From Mantamonas sphyraenae STR306 (taxonomy: Eukaryota > Protista > CRuMs): 64,000 bases of DNA. The translations under genes and the position numbers were made by a program. The notes below the pieces were generated by a model. The model made no database searches. It saw only the letters and a list, made by a program, of their open reading frames with translations, and had not been told where the DNA came from. Shown one piece after another: positions 22,340-34,391 of this stretch. Each line of letters opens with the position of its first letter. The first letter of the stretch is position 1. The stretch lies in the NCBI GenBank assembly GCA_026936335.1, contig JAPMXV010000003.1, positions 124,001 through 188,000 on the forward strand. Reading direction: 5' to 3'.

Positions 22340-24966
22340 ATGAGCAGTATGCGCCTGCCGAGTATCGACAGTGGCCGTAGCGCACACGTGTCGTCGTCCA
22401 CGCAGAAGCACGTGCACTCGGATTACAACGAGGGGGAGGAGGAGGAGTATGTGTTTGGAGACGACGAGCTGGATGTGGAGCTGAAGCCAGAGGACCGTGT
22501 CGGGGCACGGTATGTGCCACAGCACTACATCGACACATCATTGCTTGCATCGATGCACAGGGCACAGTCTGTGACGTCGTCGATCTCGTACTCGTCGGGC
22601 AGGCTGTCGCGGAGTGCGATGCGGTTCCGTGTGGAAACGCCCGACCCGCAAGACGATGAAATCAGGTGAGGGGAACGGGAGAGGATGGGACAGTGGTGGC
22701 ATGGGATGTGATGACGTGGGGCAGGCAGGCAGGGGGTGCAAGGAAAATGACTGACACCGAGGAGAAACACACGTGCAGGATCAACCTGCGTCTGCCCAAG
22801 ACGCTGACGAGTGTGACCCACACAAACGCAGTGAGTGCGTTTACGGAACGGTACAACCACCAGATGGACAAGTACATGCGGGTGTTGCAGACAGCAAGAG
22901 GTAGCGACAGCGGGGTGGAGAGTGTCGAGGTGCTGGACGAGGTGAGTTGGGTGAGGGAAGCAACGGTCGAGTGGGTGTGGGGAAAAAAGGCAGGGTAGGG
23001 TAGGAGAGGAGGGCAGATGGGTACTGACACGGCAGGCGGGGTATGTCGTGTGTATGCAGCATGCACATGTGGACTACAAAGAGCAGTTTGATGAGTACCA
23101 CGCACAGGTGCGAGGGCTGATTGGTGAGTTGGGGATGGCTCTCGGGCACGAGTCCAGATGCACGAAGGAGGGATGGGTGGAGGGTGGAGATGGGCAGGCA
23201 CAGGACGCAAACAACACACACACTGACACACAAGATGTGGCATGCCTGCGCGTGGACTGGTGGTTGTTTTCGTCGAGACGCAGACGGTACAGCCAAGCTG
23301 CGACAGCTGAAGAGGAAGGAAGACGTGGAAGCAGAAGAGTCGGCAGGGCAAGGTGTAAAGGAGAACAAAAAAGGTGGGTTTTGTGCGCATGGGGAAGAGA
23401 AAAGAGGCAGCGGGTGAGTCTGGCTGGCAAGACACTGACATACAGACACACACACACACACACACACACGGGCTGGAATGGTCAGTGACGGCAGTGGAGA
23501 GCCAACTGTCGCCACCGAAACTTGGAGGAGGAGGCGGAGGAATGCGGCCAAAGCCGAGGATGAAACCGGCGTTTGAGAACACGACGAGCGTGAACCTGAA
23601 GCTGCAACGGAAGCTGGAGTCGCTGAAAGAGGACGAGGTGGAAATGCACCAGTTTCAGCAACGGGCAGAGGGAATCAAGAAGGAGCGGGAGCGAGGGAAG
23701 CAGGTGCGGAGAAACATCATCCGGAGGAACAAACTGGTGCACCAGGAGTTTGTGCCCGAGGTGATGGCGGCCACACTGGCACTGCGGTCGGAACTGAATG
23801 AGCTGCGTATGCTGGAAGTGCAGCGGAACAAGATCGAGATGGACGAGCTGCGGAAGGAGCAAAAGTCGAGGAAGATCAAGGACCAAAAGGAGCGGGAGGA
23901 GCGGGAGAAGGCACGGATGCGGTTCCTGGCAAAGCAGGCGAAGCTGCAGTTTCTGCAGAAGAAGTGGGCAGTGATGATTGTGATTGGAAGTCGGCAGGCA
24001 TTGTGGGTGACGCGGTTGCGGGAGCACAGGCAACTTGCGTTTGAGATGCGTGAGAAGCATATTGCGGCACGGGTGATCCAGCAGGTGTTTCGGGACTATT
24101 CTGTGCGACGAACAGAGTCGAAGCTGCAGGGGGCACGGGAACGGATCGCAAGCTATGTGGACGAACACGCGGAGAAATGGCGAGCGCGGCGGAGGATCAG
24201 GAGCGCGATTGTGGTGCGTCAGTTCTTCAGGGACGTGGAGGAGGTGACGGGCTTCTCGCACGTGATCAAGAAGTACAGGATGTGTGTGACGCAGGTACAG
24301 CGGCAGTGGCGCAACTACCTGGTGATCCGGAGTGCACAGCTGGTGCTGCTGTCGAGGCTGTTTCAGCGGCTTGAGAAGAAGCTGCCCAAGGTGTTGGAGG
24401 AGCGTCGACGGGAACGAGAGGAGGCCGAGCAGGCACGGCGGAGGAACAGACTGCAGAACCTGACGAGCAGGCGGAGCTACAGGGCACAGCGAGAGGAAAA
24501 GGCGGTGCGGAAGTACCCGCCAGTGACGGAAGAGTTCCAGTACATGGTGCTGCTGGAGGACCTGCAGAAGCGGAAGCGAGACCACTGGGAGGCGCTGAAG
24601 CAGTACATCATCGACATGCACGAGTACAAGAGCCGACGGGAAATTGAAGACGCACGACGACGTCTGAACAGCCATCTGCGACGGGAAAGCGAGACAGAGG
24701 GGGGCGTGGGGAGCAGCAGTGGGAGTGGGGGAGGAGAGGGAGGCGGGATCAAGGAAGAGGAAGGGGTGAAGGAACCGGAGAGACCGGTGTTTCGTGTGTT
24801 GCCGTCGGATGAACACATGTACGATCTGATCCAGGACGCACAGCGACGGATGGTGGACACGCTGGCAAGGAACAGCGAGGACAGGCTGCTGACGACGGAT
24901 GATGGAGCGAGCACGAGCACGACAGGGACGAGTGGGCGAAGGCGTGGCAGGCGAGGACGAGGGTAA
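22340..24966 (+). CDS. Coiled-coil protein with IQ-like motifs, copy A
   Basis: MSSMRLPSIDSG start, four introns before a long final exon (~23495-24966); AARVIQQVFR and VTQVQRQWR IQ-like motifs. Confidence 0.7.
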
Positions 24967-24978
24967 CACTTTTGTTCT

Positions 24979-27900
24979 TCAAAATGAAAGAATTCCACCG
25001 CGCTTCTTCTTCTTTTTTGTGCTGGAAACGAGACTGACGTGCACGCGGTAGGAAACGAGGTCGGAGATGGGCACGGGCTTTGAGCCAGCACGCAACGCTC
25101 CCCATACCATGTATGGCACGAGGAGGATGAGGACAAGGATGGCCCAGAAGTACCAAGGCCAAGGCGGAGGCACAGGAGTGGTGGGGGGCGCTTGGTAGAA
25201 GAACGCCTCCTGGTCAGAAAGGACACGGAAGCGGCCGTGCATAATGACAATCTGAACCCCTGCTCGTGCAGCAGACCCGAGACTATAGGAGCCTGCTGTG
25301 CAAACAACAGTGGTTGTGGATGTCACATTTGCGTTTGAGCACAAGGAATTACCCATGGTGACATTGATGGGCACTCCAGGCACGAAATCGTTGCCGGTGA
25401 TGGTGACGGGGTAACCTCCCGTGCTGTTGCCAGCACTTGGACTGATGGTGGAGAAGCGCGGCCAGGCCGGATCGTAGGAAAACTGCTGAGTCAACGAAGC
25501 TCCCCTGCCTTGGGCGTCCGTTACTACAACATCAGCAGCGGTAACCACGTTGCTTTGTGAAGCAGGCACAACCCCTGCTTTACATGTCAGCTGGGTGGAG
25601 CTGATGACGCGTACTGCTGTGCACAGAACGCCGCCAATGCGTACTGTTGGCACAGTGCCGGTGACTGGGAAGCGCGACCCTGTGATGACCACATAGCTTG
25701 TGCCAAGAGTCGAGGCACCAGCAGGATCGATGCCACTCACTGATGGCCATCCTGCGTCAATGACCACTGCATCGCCTCGCATCAGTTCCACACGCGAACC
25801 AGTCACATTAAGATGGACAGACTCGAAGCCGCCGCCACCAACACCGCCGTACAGACCCGTGGTACACAACATCTGTCCGTCCTGAAGCTGAGTAATGGTA
25901 CAGGCGACGGATGACGAGTCACCTGCCTCAGGAACACCCAGAAGCACACGCGGGGCGTTGTAAGTGACGTTGGCGTTGCTGGTCTGGTTGAGCTGCAGCA
26001 GCGAGGTTCCCTGAATGGTGAGCACCGTACCGCCGTAGTCCGGCACACGCGACGGGCTGACGGACGTGATTCGTGGGTACGCTGCGTCGATGGCAGCTGC
26101 GTAAATGCCTTGGGCCCATCGCTTGTCCGACGACTGCACGTTCACATCGACGGACTCGGTGCCCGTGAATGAGGCCAGCCCCTGCGTGACACACCAGGCC
26201 ACGGAGGATGAAACAATGGTCAGCGGCTGACAATTCATGTTGCCCAGCGATACGCCGCTCATGGATGTGTGAAATTGTGTACCACGCACGAGCACAGACA
26301 TGCCGGCAATGCTTGACACCCTGCCCGGGTACACACTTTTGACGGTGGGCCATGAAGGTCCAACGGCATACGCATTGACGCTGCTCACGCTCTGCAGCTG
26401 TGAGTTGAACAGGATCTTCACATCCTGGTTCGTCTGTGTGGTGATGGACGGCTGCGCGGGCGACAAGCAGGTCAGCCGCGTGAAATCGGTGCCCACGAGG
26501 ACCACGTTGGTGCACTCATCACTGCCAATCTGCACACGAGTAAACCCAGACAAGCCCAGGTAGCGGCCGCTGATCGTGATGCGTGTTCCTCCCGTGGCGG
26601 GGCCTCCCTGTGGTTGCACGCTGTCGATCTCGGGCACACGCGTGGTAATCGTCATGGCCTTGGTCTTGACAGCGTACATGCGTGCACTTCCGGCGTATCC
26701 TCGGTTGCCACTCGTGCGGTCGATGGTGACCACCACGTCAACGTCTGTGTCGGTCTGCAGACCACCCACCACAGGCGTGTCCAGCACAATGGATGTCGCT
26801 GTCACGCTTTGGATGCTACCCGGCGGCACTTGGAACCCGTTGATGTCCACCGACACGGCCATTCCGGACGCCGGCTGCAAATTGGTGCCTGTGAGGGTGA
26901 TGCGTGTGCCGCCAATGAACGGGGCGGAAGATGGCGACACCGATGCCAAGGTGGGCCACAAAGTCGCATTGACCGACTTGCGAGCCTCAAAGTCACTGCA
27001 CATCCACTCGCCATGCGTCGGACACTGAAGTGCCCCAGTGAACCCAAACACAGTCCCGTTGCTGTCTGCGGCGCAGTCAAACCACACATCCTTGGCCTCC
27101 ACCTGCAGCCATGTGTTGTTAAGGCACCTGTAGTTGAAGCAAATGGGAATGGGTGCCTTGGAGGACACAAACTGGCTTGGGTCATCTCCCAGCGTCAGAC
27201 TGTGCTCCAGAGTGCTCATGAAACAACGTGCGCTGTATCCCGATTGCTCCTGCAAGGCTGCAGGAGTACCAAATGAGCCACCATACACGCAATCTCGATT
27301 GCTAAAAGCATTGACGTAGGGACAGTAGTCCGCCAGCACATCGGTGCCTCCCAAGCGAGGCTGGCCAGCAAAATGCTGGTATTCGGCTGGCAAATCCTGT
27401 CCGTAGGTCGTCACCTGGCACACCCCCTTGTGCTGTCGATCAAAGGTGCATGATTGTACGTTGGCTTCGCAGCGATACCCTTGCGTAGGCCATCCGCTTC
27501 CTGTGACGCAGTCGTCACTTGTAAAGTTGCATCCAAGCTGCGAGCCCCACACGAGACTCTCCGCCTGCGCAAAGTCTACCCGGTAAAAGCCCATGTCGTG
27601 AAACAGAGCCAGAGTCAGGTTGGACAGCACGTTGTCCTGAAAGTTCGATGTCGACCCGGTCATGAGCTCGTTGCCCAGGATTCGCTTTTCCCAGTGGCTG
27701 CCGGCAGACCCCGAGCCACCCTGCGCCTCCAGCAACACTCCGTCCAACGAAGGACAACCAAAGTGACGTTTGGCCACTTCTACAACTGTAGGCGTGACGA
27801 TGGTCTGTTGCGTATGTCCAGGCTTGACCGTGTGGTTTCCGAGGACAAGCTCTTCTGGCAGCGTCGTGTTGTGCCCCGGAGACGACGCCCTGACATCCAG

Positions 27901-28926
27901 GAACTGAGAGAATTGTTTGACGGCAAAGCCAAGCACATGTGTAATCTCATGCATAGCCACGCGCTTGAGGGCATGTTCCAGGCGCGGGTTGTTGGCAAAG
28001 TCCGTCAGCTTTGCTGGACTCCAATTCACCTGCCCGGCAATGGGACTATGAAGCACACGCGGTGCAGAGAAATGTGTGTGCGGTGTGTCAGTACATGGAT
28101 GCATGTCCAAGATTCAGTGGGGACATCCTGTGATGAGTGCTGACTCACCGAAAATACTGGTCTGCTTGGCAGCTGCCTGCAAAGGCCACGGTGGCGCCCA
28201 CAGTGGGTCTGGCTGAGACAAACAGAAGCAAATCGCTGTTGGAGACACCTGGACCGGATGCAGTGTAGCTCTGTGGAGAAAGACGTGCGTGAGCGGGAAG
28301 GGAACGCCGCGTCAGCGCCCCGCAAAGGGAAAACGGCCTTGAAACGGCCCAAGGAAACTCACCGTGGGCACAGACAGGCCACCGTCGAAGCCACAATTCT
28401 GGCTGTTGGTCAGCTTGAGAGAACCCTGAACAGGTTTCACTTGCAGCAGTGTGTTGAATGTTTCGATGGACGAGTTGAGGAGGGCGAGCAGTCGAGTTTT
28501 CTTCGCCGGCGTCAGCAGGTCGTCCGCTGTGCATGTCAGAAAGCAGTCTGTAGTGATCCCTGCTGCCGCATCACATGGCAATGAGGCGTTGGGTGAGACT
28601 CCAAGCAGCACCGTATCCCCAACCGTCTGGCATGTCCGGTTGGACGTGTCCGAATCAAGATACCGCGTGTCCAGCGTGATCCGAATGCCAGACAGCGTCC
28701 CGGAATGATGGGATAGCAGTCTCCTTCCCGAGCTGGGTGTGGGTGTGTCATGGTCGGTTTCATGGGTGTGTGCGCCTGCATAGTCCTGGGGAACACGAAC
28801 AGTTTCGGAGCCTGCCAATTGCTTCTGCAGCTCGTTATGGATGCACACGTGGTCATCCACGTGTGCTCTGACGCTTGCCAGTAGTACCAGCAAGATACAG
28901 CCAGCAAAAAGACTCTTCGGGGCCAT
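24979..28926 (-). CDS. Leishmanolysin/GP63 (M8) metalloprotease with six IPT/TIG repeats and a C-terminal TM
   Basis: Signal peptide, HVCIH propeptide, HEITHVLGF, GSHWEKR..NELMT, LADYCP; six P-x(3)-SV/I-x-P...GG repeats; TM WAILVLILLVPYMVW; two introns near 28.0-28.36 kb. Confidence 0.9.
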
Positions 28927-29083
28927 GCAGTCTTTGCTGGGAACTTTGTTTTAATTTCGGAAGCACGCGCAGCCACGCAACGCCATCAAGGTTGGACAGT
29001 GCCGAATGACCGGAACAAAGACAGAGTTGGATTCATGTGGGAAGGGTCTGCATTGCATCAATTCAGAAAGCACAACTCAACGG

Positions 29084-31710
29084 TCACCCTCGTCCTCGCC
29101 TGCCACGCCTTCGCCCACTCGTCCCTGTCGTGCTCGTGCTCGCTCCATCATCCGTCGTCAGCAGCCTGTCCTCGCTGTTCCTTGCCAGTGTGTCCACCAT
29201 CCGTCGCTGTGCGTCCTGGATCAGATCGTACATGTGTTCATCCGACGGCAACACACGAAACACCGGTCTCTCCGGTTCCTTCACCCCTTCCTCTTCCTTG
29301 ATCCCGCCTCCCTCTCCTCCCCCACCCCCACTGCTGCTCCCCACGCCCCCCTCTGCCTCACTTTCCCGTCGCAGATGGCTGTTCAGACGTCGTCGTGCGT
29401 CTTCAATTTCCCGTCGGCTCTTGTACTCGTGCATGTCGATGATGTACTGCTTCAGCGCCTCCCAGTGGTCTCGCTTCCGCTTCTGCAGGTCCTCCAGCAG
29501 CACCATGTACTGGAACTCTTCCGTCACTGGTGGGTACTTCCGCACCGCCTTTTCCTCTCGCTGTGCCCTGTAGCTCCGCCTGCTCGTCAGGTTCTGCAGT
29601 CTGTTCCTCCGCCGTGCCTGCTCGGCCTCCTCTCGTTCCCGTCGACGCTCCTCCAACACCTTGGGCAGCTTCTTCTCAAGCCGCTGAAACAGCCTCGACA
29701 GCAGCACCAGCTGTGCACTCCGGATCACCAGGTAGTTGCGCCACTGCCGCTGTACCTGCGTCACACACATCCTGTACTTCTTGATCACGTGCGAGAAGCC
29801 CGTCACCTCCTCCACGTCCCTGAAGAACTGACGCACCACAATCGCGCTCCTGATCCTCCGCCGCGCTCGCCATTTCTCCGCGTGTTCGTCCACATAGCTT
29901 GCGATCCGTTCCCGTGCCCCCTGCAGCTTCGACTCTGTTCGTCGCACAGAATAGTCCCGAAACACCTGCTGGATCACCCGTGCCGCAATATGCTTCTCAC
30001 GCATCTCAAACGCAAGTTGCCTGTGCTCCCGCAACCGCGTCACCCACAATGCCTGCCGACTCCCAATCACAATCATCACTGCCCACTTCTTCTGCAGAAA
30101 CTGCAGCTTCGCCTGCTTTGCCAGGAACCGCATCCGTGCCTTCTCCCGCTCCTCCCGCTCCTTTTGGTCCTTGATCTTCCTCGACTTTTGCTCCTTCCGC
30201 AGCTCGTCCATCTCGATCTTGTTCCGCTGCACTTCCAGCATACGCAGCTCATTCAGTTCCGACCGCAGTGCCAGTGTGGCCGCCATCACCTCGGGCACAA
30301 ACTCCTGGTGCACCAGTTTGTTCCTCCGGATGATGTTTCTCCGCACCTGCTTCCCTCGCTCCCGCTCCTTCTTGATTCCCTCTGCCCGTTGCTGAAACTG
30401 GTGCATTTCCACCTCGTCCTCTTTCAGCGACTCCAGCTTCCGTTGCAGCTTCAGGTTCACGCTCGTCGTGTTCTCAAACGCCGGTTTCATCCTCGGCTTT
30501 GGCCGCATTCCTCCGCCTCCTCCTCCAAGTTTCGGTGGCGACAGTTGGCTCTCCACTGCCGTCACTGACCATTCCAGCCCGTGTGTGTGTGTGTGTGTGT
30601 GTGTCTGTATGTCAGTGTCTTGCCAGCCAGACTCACCCGCTGCCTCTTTTCTCTTCCCCATGCGCACAAAACCCACCTTTTTTGTTCTCCTTTACACCTT
30701 GCCCTGCCGACTCTTCTGCTTCCACGTCTTCCTTCCTCTTCAGCTGTCGCAGCTTGGCTGTACCGTCTGCGTCTCGACGAAAACAACCACCAGTCCACGC
30801 GCAGGCATGCCACATCTTGTGTGTCAGTGTGTGTGTTGTTTGCGTCCTGTGCCTGCCCATCTCCACCCTCCACCCATCCCTCCTTCGTGCATCTGGACTC
30901 GTGCCCGAGAGCCATCCCCAACTCACCAATCAGCCCTCGCACCTGTGCGTGGTACTCATCAAACTGCTCTTTGTAGTCCACATGTGCATGCTGCATACAC
31001 ACGACATACCCCGCCTGCCGTGTCAGTACCCATCTGCCCTCCTCTCCTACCCTACCCTGCCTTTTTTCCCCACACCCACTCGACCGTTGCTTCCCTCACC
31101 CAACTCACCTCGTCCAGCACCTCGACACTCTCCACCCCGCTGTCGCTACCTCTTGCTGTCTGCAACACCCGCATGTACTTGTCCATCTGGTGGTTGTACC
31201 GTTCCGTAAACGCACTCACTGCGTTTGTGTGGGTCACACTCGTCAGCGTCTTGGGCAGACGCAGGTTGATCCTGCACGTGTGTTTCTCCTCGGTGTCAGT
31301 CATTTTCCTTGCACCCCCTGCCTGCCTGCCCCACGTCATCACATCCCATGCCACCACTGTCCCATCCTCTCCCGTTCCCCTCACCTGATTTCATCGTCTT
31401 GCGGGTCGGGCGTTTCCACACGGAACCGCATCGCACTCCGCGACAGCCTGCCCGACGAGTACGAGATCGACGACGTCACAGACTGTGCCCTGTGCATCGA
31501 TGCAAGCAATGATGTGTCGATGTAGTGCTGTGGCACATACCGTGCCCCGACACGGTCCTCTGGCTTCAGCTCCACATCCAGCTCGTCGTCTCCAAACACA
31601 TACTCCTCCTCCTCCCCCTCGTTGTAATCCGAGTGCACGTGCTTCTGCGTGGACGACGACACGTGTGCGCTACGGCCACTGTCGATACTCGGCAGGCGCA
31701 TACTGCTCAT
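29084..31710 (-). CDS. Coiled-coil protein with IQ-like motifs, copy B
   Basis: Differs from copy A by 2 aa in the last exon (T>A, S>G); stop TGA versus TAA. Confidence 0.7.
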
Positions 31711-31880
31711 GATGGGTGACCAGTGCGCCAGAACCTGGGTGTTTGTTCTTTTGGCTCTCGCGGAGCACCATGTCATCCTGCTCACACACACACGCTCTCT
31801 CTCTCTTTCCTTCCTTGTCACCACTCTCGTGCGCATGTGTGTGCTCTCTGACCAGCTCTACGCGTCTTCCTCTCTGCGCC

Positions 31881-32672
31881 TCAAACGCTGTGCATCTTTT
31901 TGATGTGCTTGATCACACAGGCCCTGCGGCACACTCGCAACTGACAGAAAGGGCACATAAACTGCTTCAGTTGATCGCGCAGGTGCGAGTAGAACAGTTT
32001 CGTGTGTTCACGCTCCCGTGATGGGTACTCGCGGCCCTTGCCGCAGTTGCACCGGAATCCACCGTCCGACCCAACATTCACAGCGTAGTGTTCCTCACCG
32101 TCTGGATCGATCACGGTGGTGTTCATGTCCAGGTCTGGGTAGGGGATCTTGCAATACATGGTGCCATCCTTGGCGTACATCACCTCCACCTTGCCGTGGA
32201 TTCTCGCGTCCACCACCACACGCTGGCGTTTTTGTGTTTGGGAGGGAAAAAGGTCGACCCCATTCCCCTCTTCGTTTCCGTCGTCCCGCTCTCGCTTCCT
32301 GCTGCCCGTGTCCGCCGATTCTGACGCAGCAGGGCTCGAGGCTGGTTCCGTACGCATGAAGAGTCTGGATTCCCGAGTTGAAACCTCTTCTGATCCGCGC
32401 TGCTGATCAGAAAGGTCTTCAACACGAGAAACCGGACTTTCAATGCTTGCGGAACCAGCCTCGCTCAGTCCAACCTCGTTCTCAGGTGTCAACTCAAGGA
32501 AGCCAGGCAATTTTTCCAGTTCCATGGCGTGGTACATCACATCGTCGTGAACAGGTGGACCTGTGTCGCGTTCGGTCGACGAGGTGCTGCTTGAGGACAC
32601 AGAACCGGTGTCGTCAGACAAGCCGTGGTTGTGGTTGCCATTGAAGGTGGTTGTTGTTGTAAGGCTGTCCAT
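31881..32672 (-). CDS. C2H2 zinc-finger protein, copy B
   Basis: 263 aa from MDSLTTTTTF; paralogue of 21369-22154. Confidence 0.7.
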   Translation of the reverse strand: MDSLTTTTTFNGNHNHGLSDDTGSVSSSSTSSTERDTGPPVHDDVMYHAMELEKLPGFLELTPENEVGLSEAGSASIESPVSRVEDLSDQQRGSEEVSTRESRLFMRTEPASSPAASESADTGSRKRERDDGNEEGNGVDLFPSQTQKRQRVVVDARIHGKVEVMYAKDGTMYCKIPYPDLDMNTTVIDPDGEEHYAVNVGSDGGFRCNCGKGREYPSREREHTKLFYSHLRDQLKQFMCPFCQLRVCRRACVIKHIKKMHSV

Positions 32673-32879
32673 TTCGGATTGAAAGGCTTTTGAAAACATC
32701 AGGAACAGTTGGCCATCGCGGCGCGGCAGCACACGCACACGCACATGGACACACGAGCTCCTGCTTGTGCACCACCTCGCCACAGAATTCCAGCTATTCC
32801 TGTTTGCAACGTCACAGATTGCATTGCGCCATCGACAGTGACCAATCAATCCAATCTCTCCGATTTCATTCGTCCAGCG

Positions 32880-34331
32880 TCACTTGCACCCGCAGCCCTT
32901 TTTCTTCTCCCCATCCTCGTAGGCGATGATCTGAATCGACCCACCGCCTCCCGAGCTGCCTCCCCTGGACGATTTCTCCTCGTCCGCAGGAAGTGCTTTT
33001 GTGATCTCTACAAACACGTTCTCCACATTGATGTCGTCCTTTGCGCTGGTCTCGAAAAAGATGGCGCCGATTTCGTCCGCATACTCTTGGCCCACCTTGG
33101 TCTCCACGTCTCGCTGCTCCTCCAGGTCGCATTTGTTCCCTGCCATGGCAATGACGATGTTTTCTGGCCCGATTGTCCGTAGTTCCTTGACCCATTTTTG
33201 CAGGGTTTCGAACGAGTCCTGTGCGTGCATAAAGATGGCAACGGTCAGCAAGTGGCCAACAACCAGGCCCACTTCTCTCCTATTCCTTTCCCCTCGTGCA
33301 CATTGGCCAATCCTCGGATCTCATAATACTTTTCGACTCATCGCGTGAAGATCACAAGGACCAACGCTCTCCCGCTGTGCCCCACTGCGGACCACCGACA
33401 CTCGCCGGCCGATCCGCGGCACAGAAGGAGTGCGTCGACGCCCATATCAACGTGCTGTGTACCGAGGCGGGCCGTGCGTTTCCTGGAAGGCTGGTCGGGT
33501 GCGACGGAGCCGCAGAGCAGCTCCGCTGCGCCGGCTTGGCCCCCATGTCCCGCACAGTCCTCTCGGAACACGTCTGCATGCTGGACAGGCGCACTACACG
33601 CTCAAGTTGCAAGTTTTCGTCATAGGAAGGCATGTGGACAGCCAGTGCTGCCGTCGAGGCGCGCTCGCCAACGGGATTTTCCCTCCTGCGCTCACCTTGT
33701 CCGTAATATCATACACAACGATCGCAGCTGCCGCGCCGCGATAGTACATGGGGGCCAGACCCTGGTATTTCTCCTGTGCGGGGTGTGTGCGCATTCTGTC
33801 AGCCCGTGGCTCCCGTGTAGGGACAACGTCTTGCTCGCGGAATTGCCCGCCTCGCCCAAACGTACCTGACCCGCCGTGTCCTGTGAACATGGACCGAACG
33901 TCGCCCGCCGGCACGACGGTGAAGTGCATGGCAAAGAGCACGTGTGTGTGCGTGCGTGTGTGTCGTGATGGTGGGTTCGTGTCAGCACACTGCGCTGCAG
34001 CCCAGGTTGCGGGGAAGGAGGAGGGAAGCTCACCCAAATCTGGAACTTGATTGTGGTGTCGCCCACCACCAAAGACTTGGACAGGAAAGAGGCCCCGATG
34101 GTGGGTTCGTTGAACTGTTTAAATGTGTCCGACACAAACCGCAGCACCAGCGACGTCTTGCCCGTGCCCGAGTCACCCAAAAGCACAAGCTTAATCTCCC
34201 GGGTCAGCGTCTCCAGGTCACTGGACGACGCTGGCGCCTTGTACGAGTCGACCTGTGTGCCATCACGCTTCCATGTCAGCAACGCAATGTGCAACCAAGA
34301 CGCAATTCTGCACCTCCAAGCAACGCACCAT
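32880..34331 (-). CDS. RAB22: Rab5-subfamily GTPase, Rab22/Rab31-like
   Basis: GDSGTGKT, PTIGASF, IW|DTAGQ|EKY, LAPMYYRG, GPENIVIAMAGNKCD, ETSAK, CGCK tail; four introns, first coding exon is ATG only. Confidence 0.88.
33311..33627 (-). ncRNA. Intronic box C/D guide RNA, SNORD97/SCARNA97-like (predicted tRNA-Met C34 2'-O-methylation guide)
   Basis: Terminal TCCT/AGGA stem; C box ATGACGA (33623-33617); D' TTGA; C' GCGATGA (33344-33338); guide ATTATGAGAT then D box CCGA (33317-33314); lies in the 477-nt Rab intron, sense to the host gene. Confidence 0.7.
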
Positions 34332-34391
34332 CGAGTGGGGCTCGTCCTCTTTTTCTTCTTGTCTCACACACCGCACTCCAGTTCCCCTTCA

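Larger units (their letters stand above)
21223..24967 (+). repeat. Left arm of a ~3.75-kb inverted duplication
   Basis: Reverse complement of 29083-32797; mirrored ORFs in the track (e.g. 23374..24966+ versus 29084..30676-). Confidence 0.97.
29083..32797 (-). repeat. Right arm of the inverted duplication
   Basis: Reverse complement of 21223-24967 with few SNPs and indels. Confidence 0.97.

Noticed and set aside
21223-32797. Inverted repeat as transposon TIRs (Polinton or foldback)
   Set aside because: No transposase, integrase or polymerase and no target-site duplication seen; the arms hold intron-containing cellular-type genes.
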